Shown: piece by piece, positions 26,550 to 40,600 of the stretch
How the letters are laid out: the number at the start of each line of letters is the position of its first letter
Position numbering within the stretch: the stretch's first letter is position 1
Assembly: GCF_009834535.1 (NCBI RefSeq)
Contig: NC_045696.1
Span: 41,604,001-41,668,000, forward strand
DNA length: 64,000 nt
Reading direction: 5' to 3'
Source: Camelus ferus
Taxonomy: Eukaryota
The notes under the pieces: generated by a model
Databases searched by the model: none
What the model saw: the letters and a program-made list of their open reading frames with translations, nothing else
What the model was told of the DNA's origin: nothing
Made by a program: the position numbers and the translations under genes

Positions 26550-29239
26550 GCAGGGAAGGGAGATTCAATCTAATGAAGCTGGTGGAAATGACTGGAAAAA
26601 AGTAAAAACATTTCATGTTTGTGCTCCACCCACTGACCACAGGGATGTGACCTTACCCTTCTCACCCGTGATCTGAGCTTTCCTCCCTTGAGCCTCTGTT
26701 GGCAGTGATGTGAGTGACTGTGAAAATACCAACCAGACAGAATCAGGCAGAAGTTTATGAAAAAACACACTGGATGGAGTTCCAGCGTAACATCCACTCA
26801 TTTTTATTAACTCTTCTTAAAATGCAAATATAGTGGGAAAGTTAGGACATTGGTATCTGTCACTCCAGCTTCCATATGCATTAGTTTTATCTTACTTCTT
26901 TTCATCCTCAAAGCTGAATTAAAACAGTTGTTTGGAAGAAATAGAGATTAAAATATGTTGAGTCATGGAAGACCTCTCATTCAAGCAGTTGAGTTATTGA
27001 GGCTACTTCTGTTGCTAAATTTCCTTACTAATAGTGTCTAAAATTCCTGGAATTTCTCAAGAAGCCACTCACACACACACACAAAAAACCCCCAAACTTA
27101 TCAAGTGGTCATCATTTAGTAATGTCTACCTGGCACATCATATTGAGAAGGATTCTGAAGCCACACTTGGGCTCTGTTGGGAAAAGTGTGGTGATCTGCT
27201 AGTAGGGTCTGTAACGGCCACAGGAGAGGAAAGTAACAGGATGTGTGCCTCGTGTCTCTCATCCTGATCTAATCCTTTGACCTCAGTCTCATATGCTGCT
27301 CTTAAGGAAGCTGAACCACCTGTAGACTCATGCTAAAGCCTTTGACTCTTCATCCTTGCCCCACCCAAAGACCAATCCAGCCTTCCGGTCCAAGTTTCTC
27401 TCTTTGTCATAATGTATAACTCCTAGTGGCCCAGAGACTATGTACCATGCAGGAAGCAGCACTGAATCCAAGGGCAACTGTCCCTTCACAGCTGTGCTTG
27501 GGGCTAATTGCTCAGCAGGTTCTGAACACCAGACCCATAAAGGCGAAGGCAGAGGTGGACTTAATTTCTCAGAGAGCAGTGCTGCACATCCACCCCTAGG
27601 GACTGAGAAGCATTCATTTTTACCTCTGATGCTCTGATCATATCACCACCAGCAGCAGCACAGCTAAAATCTGTGTGTTTACTATGTGCCAGACATTAAT
27701 CTAAGCACCTTTAATTTTCTACCAACTGTAAGTTACCCATGACTATCAGCCCCATTTTATAGAAGAGGAAACAGAAAAGAAAAGAGGTTAAGTAACTTGT
27801 CCAAGGTTTAGCAGGGTTTTAAGTGTCCAAAGTTTACACTCTAAATATTATAATTTTTTGGTTACATCTTGAAAAAAGGCAGCCAGGCACAATTACGTCC
27901 TATATTTTTGACTCATGAAGATTACATATTCTACTCTGTAATAAATCTGAATGTTTTAATATAAAAACTGTGTTATTTCCCAAACATCTTAGTAAACTTG
28001 GCACTCCAACAAGAGATGACACATGTACCCTGAGGCTCATACTCCTCCTGGGGTTCAGGTACCATGTGAGACAAACAGCACCAGGGCATTTGATGTTACT
28101 GTACCGATCCCTGCTGATACAATCTGTGAACTCAGAAAGCTGACGATGTTCCCCATTCACCCACCTGACATGTGAGATCATGATCAATGGGGTGGAGGGT
28201 TCAAAAAAGAAAGAAGGGCAAGGATACTCTAGGCAGAAAGAAAAAGAAAACAAAATATTTTCACTTGAATAATAAATATGCAGAATGACAGCATCTGAAA
28301 ATCAATTCCTACTTTCACAAAGAAAATAGAATAGTCATTATTAATTACAGGGAGCCCATTAAGTTGGTTTATGTAAATGGTCATGAACGTAAATAGTTTT
28401 TTTTAAAGCTCTAGGCCCCACTTCTTATTTCTTAGTTCAAGACCCCCAAGCCTTTGTCCTGTCACCTTTCCTAACATCAGTGACACGTTTCACATCCGAG
28501 TACCTGGAGGGAAAAGTTCTATGTCATCTCAAATCCCCATAGGCCAAAACTTGTCAGGTTAATACCAACAAAGCATTGTGTAGCAAATTACATATAATTA
28601 CAAGCATGAAATAACACATAGCATGTGTCAGCAATATATTCAATACTGAGGCCAAACTCCATAAAGTTCAATCCCCTGGGGATTTCTGGGTCCACTCTTT
28701 AGAACTGTACTGTGTCTGCCACGTGATGCAACATTGCATACCTTCCGTTGTACACTATCTCCTAAGGTCTGTGATGTTAATCTCCAGTATTTGACGAGTA
28801 ACCTTCTGGAATGTATATAATTAATCCTCAACATAGGATGTGTGAGAAACTTGGTCAATATAAACCTAAACCTAAAAGCTGACCTTTACTCAGCCTTAGC
28901 AGGTGACATTTTACAGCAAAATACTCAAATAAACTACCAAACCATAATAACAACACTGTTTTTCTTTTTCTCTATGCAGGAGCACAGGAATATTGTCCCA
29001 TGAACAGAGGGTAGCATTTTGACTGTCATACAAGCAGCATATTGTTTATATATCATTTTGCTCCTCCATCCAAGTGCTGAGCCAACACCAGACTTCCATA
29101 AACCTGAGGCCCAAAGCCGGAGTCCATGCTTGCTCGTGAAGGAGGGAAGTCAAACGACATGCGGAATCCCTGCTCCCAGCCTTTGACCTGCTGCAGAGGC
29201 CAGGCCTGAACACATCACAAAGAGAGCTGGCTCTCAGGT

Positions 29240-29730
29240 CTGACTGAAGGGGACATGCCCAAAGGACACAGAAGTCAGCATGAAGGAGCTCCCTCTGGCT
29301 AAATTAGGGACAATCTGAACATCAAAATAATGATAACATTATAATTCATTGAACAAATTATGAAACCAAGATTTTATATTGATATAAATGGATTAATTAA
29401 AGTTTGATGTGAAACAGGGTACTTACCTAGTTCCAAAGTAAGTGATCTCCTCAAATACTTTGTAGCTACAAAGGGGAAATGATTAGCTTTATGGTAGAGA
29501 AGTCTGACAGACATGTAAGAAAGTGATCAAAGTGAACATGATCAATAACAGGAAAAATCAAAAATGTGTGCCACCTGCTTGGACTCAGAAGAACACAGCA
29601 TCACTCCTGTGTTTTCTCACCAAACGTGTAGCCTGAATCTAATCATGAGGAAACATCAAAGCCAAATTCAGACATATTCTACAAAATAAATGGCCTATAA
29701 TCTTCAAAAGTGACAAGATCATGAAAGTTT
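29240..29730 (+). mobile_element. Old L1MC-type 3' UTR fragment
   Basis: cagcatcactcctgtg...cctgaatctaatcatgaggaaacatca...attctacaaaataaatggcctataatcttcaaaa. Confidence 0.7.
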
Positions 29731-31719
29731 ACGACTGCTTCAAAGTAAAAATTTAAACACATAAATCCCTCTGCTGGGAACCTAACGTGCTTTCTGTTTT
29801 CCTGCTACACTTGGCTGATACCTTTACCTTCTGAACAGGCAGCTCTTATGGGCAGAGAGCTTCTTTAGCTCTTCTACAACACAAGCCCAGTGTCGCGCAC
29901 ATAGTTCACATCAAACATGTATTTGTTGATTTGATCAGTGGAGGAACTTAATAGTCTACTCTAGTGAATTTGTAAACTTCGACTGGCAAAGCCAGTTGGT
30001 CCAACTGACTAAACTGGTTTGAAGGCCCCAAAGTCAACTGTCCATCCTTGTGGGCTGTGGTTACACGCTGACTGCTGGGCTTCATTTTAACCCCAGCTTG
30101 AGTTTGTACTTGCATTGGGTATCAGGGTTTGACATCATGCTCTTATTTAAACCCTCACATTACCTTTTTGCCTTCACAGCAGCAACCCTGTGAGATAGGC
30201 AGGGCGATATTTTACCTCTACTTTAGAAATGAGGACAAAGGCATTCAGAGAGTTAAGTGATTCAGCCAAAACTACCCAGTTAGGTAGTAGCAGAGATTTG
30301 AACTCAACTATTTCAACTCCAAATATTTCATACACATCTCTGAGCCTGGAAAGAACAAGGAAGGGAGTGTGCCTGTAAGGGGCTCCATCCAGCCAATTGT
30401 TCTAAAAAGGCTTTCAGTGGCTAAGGGTACAGCTTCATCCCCATAAATGAAGGACCAGAGCACATGGTTAGATAATAATCACTACCTCTTAAAGCAAGCT
30501 TCTTCCTTCTCTGATGCAGAATTTGACTAGCATCTTAGCAACACAGATTTAAAGGTCCTTAAGGTGATATAGGTAATAACACATTTATAAACAACTGCAC
30601 TGTAAAGGCTCCTAGACATCAGAAATGTGGGGCACAGAAACCTGAGAAGTGATTTTTAGATGCCAAAAAGTCATCTTGCTAAGAAATACTCTACAGATTA
30701 GAAGTAAATAAATCAAGAAACACAAATATTAGGCTTAATATTGAAGGATGTTAGCTATGTAAATATCACGTTTTGAAAAAAGCATGCAGATATAAATACT
30801 TAGATTAAATTAGGTTCTGTTTTACACTTTGCTATGTTTTCTAAATTTTTCAGTGAGTAACTTCTACTTAATTACCTCCCATATCATTGCTGTATTATCA
30901 ACACTAATTAGATTACTAAATGAATAGTTGCTAAATTAATGAATCAATAAGTAAATCAAAAATAGAATAATCTAAAATGTCAAACCACTTATGGTATTAA
31001 ATTTTCACTTCACAAACTTCTCTTCATTTTTACATTTTGGAAATCAATACTGATTCAGATTGCTAGACATTTCAACAAGATATTCAAGAGCAAAATTATA
31101 GACATTGTTGAGTTAATATTTAGTACAACATTTAATAACTATACTCACCCCCCCAAAAAAAGAGAGAGCTTGTCAATAAAAGACAGGTTTGGAGACGTAG
31201 TCAAAATGTACACTTCAGAAAAAGAAAAATGCAGTCCTGCTTAGCTACAGTAAGGAATCTAAGCACTGACTTCACTGTTTCCCCTGTTCTCTTAAGTGAA
31301 ATGAACACAATTTCCAAGGATATGTAGGTCTGACTCCAGACTTTCCTGATATGTAGTGCAAGCTGGCCCGGTCATCTGACAAATCCTATGGGATTAAAAG
31401 TAGAGCCTGGGGAACATAGACCAAGAAAAATGATAACCCCCGAAAAAACTTCTTGTCTATATGTCATATACCTGTCAGAACAAAGGCAACCAAAAAGCCA
31501 TAGAACTTTGGATCTGGAAAGGATCTTAGATGTTCCCAAGTTCAACCTCCCCCACCCCAACGCCATTTACAGATGAGGACACTAGGGCTAGATATGGTGA
31601 GGGACTCACCCAAGTAGCAGAATTAGGAATAGAACAATAGTTGAAAGTCCCAATCCAGGACTCCTTCTGCTTCTCCATACTTTCCATAATTTAAATTTAA
31701 AACAAAATATAGTGCAGAG

Positions 31720-31936
31720 CAAGGTTAGAAAACTTTCTCAGTAAAGGGCAAGATAGTAAATAATTTAGGTTTTATAGGCCATATGGTCTCCTTTGGTCAC
31801 TCAACTCTGTCATTATAGCACTAAAGCTGCCCAAGATAAGACATGATCAAAAGGTGTACCTGGGTTCCAAAGAAACTTTATTTACAAAAACAGTGTGCTG
31901 GACTTGGCCCGTGGGCAGTAGTTTGATGACCCTTGG
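31720..31936. mobile_element. MER58A-like hAT-Charlie element
   Basis: aactttctcagtaaagggcaagatagtaaata...aaactttatttacaaaaacag...ggcccgtgggcagtagtttgatgaccc. Confidence 0.85.
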
Positions 31937-33544
31937 TCTAGAGGAACAGCACTGCACTTCCCAAAATTTTGGATTCCCTGCCTTCAGGTTCATTGATCAG
32001 TCTATGTGTGAATAAGTGTGGAATAAGAGTTGTGTTTTGACCCATATCTCCAAAGCCTGTAGAAAAGTCAAAACACTCTCCCCAACCAATGTCATAAATT
32101 ATTAAAATCACATACTTACACACACACCTCAGAGAAAGAAAGTGTGAAAGGGTGGGAAGACAGGCCAATGAAAGTTCTGGTTATTATTCAGCCTCCTCTT
32201 TTTCTTCTTTGTCATTTAATTAATGAGATTAAATCAAGTGGTCAAGCTCCTGTGTCTTTTGGGATTTAGGATACTCATTAACTAACTGCCAATCTCTGCT
32301 GCTCTCTGGTGGTAACACGCAGCTGCTAGAAGACATGCCAGTAGTATCTAGAAACTGAGAAACTGAATTCACAAAATACACTGAGATCATTAAAGAACTA
32401 AATAAGATTGAGATGGAGAATTTTCAGACTTACTAGGCAGAATTATAATCAAATCCATAAAATACTTCAATAAATGGTCTTTCTTGGTCATAAATCCTTA
32501 CTTTTTTTCCTATTGGGATAAACTCCGGGTTTTCTGATACCAGAAGGTTCTGGGTTTTTTCTTTCTCTAAAGCAGGAACATCATAACTGATGAACCATGG
32601 CTCAGAAGAAGCTTTAATTCTTTCAGAATTTTTGGATAGGGCATAAAAAAGTGCAGCAGAGAATCAAAGGAGATTAAGTGTCTGCCTGGCAGTTGGCTGA
32701 GAGCAAAGGAGTTTTTAATGCAAACTACAATTCCAGGTGACATGTAGCTCAACCACAGCAGATTCTACTTCTCTTAAATGCTGAAAAAAGATCCCTTATT
32801 TCTAATGCCTCAATCACACCAGAGAAGCAGTGAACCCAACCTCAGTTTTCTCTTCACTGAAAACTGCCCTTTGGGGAGGTTTGACATTTCATATCAGAAA
32901 GCAAAATCAGACCACTATTTTCATATCAGTAGGTTTGTGGCTCCTGGTGATTCAAGCCAAACAAGGAGAGGGATTCCAGAAACCAGGGATAAGGAAGAAT
33001 AGGAACAGGATAGCTCAAACACTCTATAAGCACAGGGGTCATGCCTCTCTCACCCACTGTGGTTAATGCATTCCAGCTCCAGCACAGCGACTAATACATT
33101 GTGGAGACTCAATATGTCATTACTAAATGATTGAAGAAATAAACATTAATGTTTATAAGAGGGTTTATGAACTACATAGCATTCTGCATATGGTCATTTT
33201 ATTCATATTAGAAGTAGAGAAAAGGTAAATTACAAATCAGAAGGTAATGGCAGGAAATTGCATGGCTAACATGGAAGAAAGTTCTTTCCAAACTCAAAAT
33301 TCCATGATTCATTTTTCAGTATCACAGCATCACAGAACTTTGGAGTTGCAAGGGATTTTAAGGTATTTCCTGTCCAAACATCCATCTGATGGTCTTTATT
33401 CACAATATTCCCACTGAGCAGTGGTTACCTAGCCTCTGCACAAACACTTTAAAAGACAGAGAACTCAATTTCTGCAAAGACATTTTGTATTTTGCATGGG
33501 AAAGGGAGTGGGAGTGGCCGGCAAGGGTAGAAAAAGGAGATTCT

Positions 33545-33850
33545 AGAGTTGTCCTGTTTAATATGGTAGCCACCAGCCACAAGTGGTTATTGAGCATCTA
33601 AAATATGACAAGTTCTAACTGAGGTGTGCTGTGATTTTGAAGACTTATTACAAAAAAAGGCTGTAAAATATTCCATTCATTCTTTATGTAATGATTACAT
33701 GGTGAAATCATAGTATCTTGTACACCTTCAGTCAAGTAAAATACATTATTAAAATGAATGGCACCTATTGCTTTTTACTTTTTAATGTGGTTATTAAAAC
33801 ATTTAAGAATACATATATAGCCCACATTTCATTTCTACTAGACAGCAATG
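33545..33850. mobile_element. MER33/MER3-like hAT-Charlie element
   Basis: aatatggtagccaccagccacaagtggttattgagca...tttaatgtggttattaaaacatttaa...tttctactagacagca. Confidence 0.8.
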
Positions 33851-34544
33851 GTCTAAAGAACACATTTTGTCTTTCTCTCAATTTAGCCAAATAAAAGTGA
33901 TATCTTTAGGTTTCCAAAACTAATTTGGAAATTACCTTGGTCCACTTTTACTATGGAAATCAAAATCTTTACTTTACAATTTGTATCCTATCCACTCTTT
34001 TGTGGTGGTTTTGTCTATGTATGTTTCCTTGGCTATGAAATGGAAATACTTTCTTCCCTCTATCTCCACAAAGAGTAATAGACTCATTATGAGCTTCTCT
34101 TAATTACAGACCCTCATTATCCTGGAGATGGTGTATAAAAAGAACTAAGCCTCAGGTCAGTTAAAAAAAATAAAGAATTCTCTAGCAGAGTAAGAATGGT
34201 CAGCTTGACACAACACTATGTCAGACAGTGGGGAAATACTACATTTTATAGTATGTAAAGTGTCATAGCAGCTAAAAATGGGGGGGGGGAGTTCTTAGAA
34301 TCTCCCTTTTAGAAAAAACAATAAATTGTAATCAATTATTATAAAATGTACTGTTATTTTACCATATGCCTATAGCATATATATATATATATATGTCACA
34401 AGTAATAGTTCTTCAGTTGAAAGTGCCTGTGATATTTAGAACAAGCATAATCCTTAGGTAACACAGTGATAATTCTTTCTTAAAAATCTGTTTGAGTATC
34501 ATTTGACAGCATACTTGTACTTAAAAACTTAAGTCTTTTAAATT

Positions 34545-35330
34545 TATTCCAGGGATGCAAGGATGGTTCAATACCTGCAAATTAATCAATGTGATACACA
34601 TTAACAAAAGGAAGGATAAATTCACATGATCATCTCAATAGACATGGAAAACGCATTTGACAAAATTCAACACCCATTCATGATAAAAACTCTTACCAAA
34701 GTGGGTATAGTGGGAACATATCTCAACATAATAAAGGCCATTTATGACAAACCAGCTAACACTATATTCTGTAGAGAAAAGCTGAAAGCCTTTCCTCTAA
34801 ATTCAGGAACAAGACAAGGATGCTCACTCTTGCCACTTCTTTTTAACATAGTATTGGACGTCCTAGCCATAGCAATCAGATAAGAAAAAGAAGTAAAAAG
34901 CATCCAAGATGGAAGAAAAGAAGTAAAACTGTCACTATTTGCAGATAACATGATACTGTATACAGAAAACCTTAATTTGTCCACTGGAAAACCATCAACA
35001 AAATCAAAAGAAAACTTATTAAGTGGGAGAAAATACTTGCAAATGATATGACCAATAAAGGGTTAATATCCAAAAAATATAAGCAACTCATCAAACTCAA
35101 GAGCACAAAAACAAACACTCAATTAAAAATGGGTAGAAGACCTGAATAGACGTTTTTTTCCAAAGAAGACATACAGATGGCCAACAGGCACATGAAAAGA
35201 TGTTCAACATTGTTAATAATCATGGAAATGTAAGTCAAAACCACAATGAGATATCATCTCACACCTGTCATAATGGCCATCATCAAAAAGAAGACAGATA
35301 TTAGCAAGGATACGGAGAAAAGAGAACTCT
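34545..35330 (+). mobile_element. L1 ORF2 fragment with a large internal deletion
   Basis: RT motifs ([38 protein letters not shown]) to about 34985, then the C-terminal region (gggagaaaatacttgcaaatg...atggccaacaggcacatgaaaagatg). Confidence 0.9.
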
Positions 35331-36579
35331 AATATGAGAACCTGCGTTTCCAACATGTTCTGAGGTGGTACTAATGCTGCTGGTCCAGGGACTACACTTC
35401 GTGAATCAATGATCTAGAACAAATTATCCCAATGAAGAAACATAAAGATAAACATGAGCAAGAGCTGTTCTTTAGAATTCAGATTGCATTCGCCCCTATA
35501 AAAATATTTTCAAACAACTTATTGAGGTCATTTTCAAAGTATTAAAACTAAGCATCAAAATATGGTTCATAAAGATGGTTCTTCTAGGTTTGATTCAATA
35601 ACTCGTGAATGTAGAGCATAACATTTGATTTGAAATACAGCCATTTTCCATGGTGATTCTCTCTACCATGTAAAGCCCTGGGAAAATGAACTGTATTCCT
35701 CAAATTTTAATCAGTGTAAAAAAATTGCCATTCATAATTACGTGGCCTTTGTTGTTGTTGTTGTTGTTCTCAAAACACATACTTTCATGCTTAAAGCCAT
35801 TCAGTTTCAAGTGACTATAAAAATTTTTGTTGAAATATTATCAGATGCCCCTAGACTTTATATTTAAAATCTGGCTCACCTTGAAAATCTAATAATTTTC
35901 CAAATTATCTAAACCTTGCAGTGGCACTTCAGGATTACCAGAGGCCCTGCAACTTTTCTAAGACTGGATATCTAAGTTTTCAAGTCTTAATCACCACTAA
36001 AACATTTACACAAGTCACTAATGAATATTAAGATTGACTGATGCCCTCAAATAAGTCTCCAATGAATGTTTAAGCCATCTTCCTAAAATGGTATTTGGAA
36101 CAGGTCTTTCAGAACACTTGGCAAAGTTCCTCCTGCCAGCAGAACACATGCCCTCTTTCTCCAGCTTCCCTATCCTCATGGAAGCTCCAAGAAGACAAGA
36201 TCCCACAGGACATGGTGAAGAGCAGGAGCCACAAGCCTGGGAGAGTATGTCCTGTCCTCCCTGAAGAGTAAGACGACCCAGGCTTTCATCAGGAGTTAAC
36301 TGGATGCCTTCGTGAGTGTGAGAAAAACTCAGGAGTCGAGGGAGCAAACAAAAGCCCTTGCAAACTGCTTAGCCACCTACCTCTTTGGAGTGCACCAACC
36401 AGCTTCTATGTAGGTGAAGATGAATTGTTTCTGGCTGTTCCTCTTTTAAGGTATGACTTACTCATCATGTGAATTGAGCACATTCAAAAAAATAAGCTGC
36501 AAATGAGGCATAGTTACAAATGATAAATGTAATTAAGGCCAAAAGGTGGGGGGCAGGAAATAGACCCGTGAACTATATT

Positions 36580-37360
36580 GACAATAAACTAAGCCTGAGC
36601 CAAAAAAGTGATGCAGCTGCTGCCACACTGAATACTTCTCAGGTAAGGAGATGAGCTGCCTACCTTACTCCACAGTAGACAGACTACATCTGTAATGCCT
36701 CTGTCATTCTGCACACATCATCTCAGGAAAGCCACCATTACAGAGGAGAGCCCCCATAGGTGACCAGGATGGTGAAGGGTCAGGAAAGTATGTCTTTGGA
36801 GGAACATCTGAAAGAATTTAGAGAATGAGTGACAGGAGAAGAGCTGGATGTGGGAGGAAGGGGCACAGGGACAAGTGCATGTTCTGCTGGAATATTTATT
36901 TGAAGAGCTATCATGAGGGAGAGAAATTAAACTTGTTCTTTTTCTCAGCAGATGAGGGAATAGGAATCTATGAGAGTATCAGGTAGATCAAGAACAACTT
37001 TGAAGTCAGACTGTGGATTTAAGAGCTTGTTCCAGCCACTGTTGGATGTATGAACTTGGGCAGACTACTTAAGCTCTGTGAGCCTCAGCTGTTCATCCGA
37101 ATAGAGGGATATTAGAAGTACCTACTCCTGGGGAAGGATTAAATGAGGTAACAGATACAACAGACTCAGCACAGTAAGTGCTCACACAAAATTAGTTTGA
37201 GTCAATTAATTAAACAGAGATGCCCAAAAATGCAGTGAGCTGCCTCAGAGGGGGCTTTAGCACAAGCTAAGTGACCATCTGCCAGGGATGCTGGGTGATA
37301 CAGTGTTCTGCATTGGGTAGAAGTAGGTACCCGTAAGGACCATTCCAATGCAAAAATTCT
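36580..37360 (+). mobile_element. Ancient CR1/L3 LINE remnants with a nested MIR (about 37000-37190)
   Basis: ggtgaccaggatggtgaagggt...ggaggaacatctgaaagaatt...agtgagctgcctcag...tgaccatctgccagggatgctg; MIR core tgaacttgggcagactacttaagctctgtgagcctcag. Confidence 0.6.
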
Positions 37361-38085
37361 TCATTGTTGTCAACCAGCACTTAACTTTCTCTTTCCTGTG
37401 CCTCCACCCAGCACTGTACTCACACCCTTATGGCAGGATCTATCACCCTTACTCATCATTAGTTATGAACACATCCATCACCCACCTAGTCTGTGAGCGC
37501 CTCAACGTCAGACTGTGGCTCCTCCATCTTGTTCCTCCTGGCACCTCGCCCAGTGCCTGGCATCTAGCAGCATCTAGCAGGCATTCCATAAACTCTTGCT
37601 GAATGAAGATACTCAGGGCTAGGCCTGGCCTGGGCTGGTGGCTGCTTCTCTGTCAGTGTGGTAATTCCTCCAAGAAAGGGCCTAGTTAATATTTGGTCCT
37701 GGAAGTTTTAGAAATCTTGTGATTATGCTGGAACCATCAGTCAGTGGACCTGATTTCCTGGATGAAGAAAGTATTCTAATTGCACAGTATTCAGGCACAT
37801 CATGAAGTTGTGAAGGCTGGATGAGTTCCTAATTCCCAGTGTGTGAACCCCACTCCTAGACTCACGGGCCATGGCTCTTTGAGCTCTCATGCACATTCTC
37901 CACAGCCGCACTTCCTAGCTGAACTACTTTCCAGCAGCTCCATTCATACCTATGGGAACCCTTACGTACATCTTCTCTTTTTGGTACCGGAAGTTTCTAA
38001 AAGTGACAAGAAGCATAATATTGCAGTCCGGCTGTGGCATGTCAAAACAAACAACATCTCCTCATTTACCAGAAAAGCATGTTTG

Positions 38086-38331
38086 ATGGTTACCAGTGGT
38101 GGTGGGGGGGGAGATAAATTGGGAGTTGGAGATTTACAGATACTAATATACATAAAGTAGATAAACAAGTTCATACTGTATAGCACAGGGAACTATATTC
38201 AGTATCTTATAGTAACTTATGGCAAAAAGAATATGAAAACAAATATATGTAGGTTCATGTGTGACTGAATGAAGCATTGTGCTGTACACCAGAAACTGAC
38301 ACAACATTGTAAACTGACTATACTTCAATTA

Positions 38332-38373
<42 letters not shown>

Positions 38374-38394
38374 CACACACACACAAAAGAAAAA
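38086..38394 (+). mobile_element. Truncated lineage-specific L1 3' end with 15-bp TSD
   Basis: gataaattgggagttggagattt...atagcacagggaactatattca; TSD agaaaagcatgtttg (38071-38085) / agaaaagcgtgtttg (38395-38409). Confidence 0.92.
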
Positions 38395-39219
38395 AGAAAA
38401 GCGTGTTTGTATAACTCTGATTATACTAGTGCCTAAGCTCTTCTCTGGCTAAAACTGAGGTATCTTTCAGAACCTCAGACTTATTAACCTTTAATATGTT
38501 TGTCCAAGTACTTACCAAAATATTAATTTTCCTTTGGTTACTCAATAAAAACTAGATGAGTAAGTAAACACTATCTTGATGGCATGACACAAGTGCAACA
38601 GCTTCCAAATGTGCTTAAATCACAGCCACGGAGGAGCTTAGGCAATTAGAGAAAGTGTTTCAACAACTGCTCATTACAAAAGAAAGGTTTTAATACTTAA
38701 TACTCTGAATAAAATCTGTTCTTAAAGAACCAAAACTCCCCAAAACACCAAAAAACTCCTAATGGGATATAAATAAAAGTAGTCCAGGAACTGCCAGTCC
38801 TGCTAACTCACGGCATGGTGTCATGTGATCCTAAACATCCTGACAGTGGGTCGGGTCCAACACCACTCACTCTCTCTGCTCTGGAATGTGGTGAAGGAAA
38901 GTCTGGAAGCAAAGCCGATCTTGGCAAAATCCCCTGTTCTTTCACGTATTCCAGAGATGGGAGGCTCAGGGGGCACCAACTCCCCAACCCTGCGCATGAC
39001 TAAATCTGACTTTTATAAACTTCAGAACAACAATTTCCTTCTGCTTCAAACAGTACGTGCAGCACCAAGAGCACAGAACCTACCCAAACGGCAAAAACAA
39101 GAGAGCATGTGTTTCCCATCAGGATTAGTTTCCTCTCTAATAATTTTTTATTTCTTTATGATAGTCTTGAAGCCCATTCTTTTCCTGTAAACTGTGTCTG
39201 AGGTTTTGGGTGAGGAGAA

Positions 39220-39250
<31 letters not shown>

Positions 39251-40499
39251 CAGACAAGGTTGTCTAGATCTCCATATAACTTTCTAATTTTTCATGTCCT
39301 TTGTTCTAATTCTTGTCATTTTTGTCCCTACTGAGGAATCGACTTCCTCAGGAGCAGCACCCGTATACAGTCTGTTACACTTAGCCAGTGATGATCAAAA
39401 AGAGTTTTATAGACTTTTCTGACAACTATTGAAAGAGTAAGTCAGGAAACAAGAGACAGAATGGTAACCACCCTAGTACCTATGACCCTGCTGATGTTTC
39501 TTACTTACTAGCACCATGATGTATGTGGGAAATCATTATTAGGCTCAGTAGTTTTGCGTTTCTGTTCCTCCGCGCAGTGAGTTTAGGGTTGCATGCACTC
39601 AGAGCTATTTCGCAAAATGAGAAGACTTTCCTAGACAGCATTGTTAAGAGATTATCTTGTATGCAGAGTTCATTAGTCAGGGCCACTTGGCTAAACCAAT
39701 CTGACACTTGTAATGACCCACGGAAGGCCTGCATAATCATTAAGCCTCATAGGAAGTAACACGGAAGACAGAACACAAATGCTGCCCACAAAGAGAACAG
39801 GGTGAGCAAAACACAGGTGTGCGGGGTATGTGACGATCAGTTAAGAAACACCAACCCTTATTCACACTGAGCAAAGTCATACTGTGTTCTACTTACCTAA
39901 GCAGGGAAGTTTAAAACAGGGAGGAAAGACCACTCTGACTGAAGTATGCTCTTTACAGTCACCAAAATAATGTCAAGAATTTTCACTGCCATTCACCTGG
40001 CAGTGAGGGATCTTGAAGGTAGCCAAGCAGATGGCCCAACATAAAGCTGAACTTGGAACACTACTTATAAACGTCCATAAATAAAGTGAAAGTCACCGCA
40101 GCAGTGATAAAAACCACACTCAATAAAGAAAACTTTTATAGTATTTTTTCATAAAACTGTATATCAAAGATGCTAAGATCATCAGCCATTCTCTTTGAGA
40201 GGGATTACAAAGCTCTTACTGTTCACGTAGTTAAAACCAGAGGTAAGGTTATACAATGTGGCTCCACCCAATGGGAGAGACCCATTAGAAGAGGTATTTC
40301 CTTGAGAGGAACAACTTCACAAGACTAGTAACTAATGCCCCTGGGTGCACTTTAGTGAGATAGTCCAGCTATAGAAACTGAACAAATTCCCCAAGGTATT
40401 CTAGAAGAACTTGAAACACACACAAGAAAGAAATGGGTCAGCCTATCTAGATCAAGTCTTTTCTTCAATTCATTTAATCTCCTCTAAAAACAACAAAAA

Positions 40500-40600
40500 G
40501 GAAGATAGAGAGAGAGAGAAAGGAAAGAAGGAAAGAAAGAAAGGAAAGGAAAAGAAAAGAAAAGAAAAAAGAAAGTAGGTAGGTAGGTTGGTTGGTTGAT
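40500..40600. repeat. Compound purine-rich microsatellite (AG)(GAAA)(GAAAA)(TAGG)(TGGT)
   Basis: Seen directly in the sequence. Confidence 0.9.
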
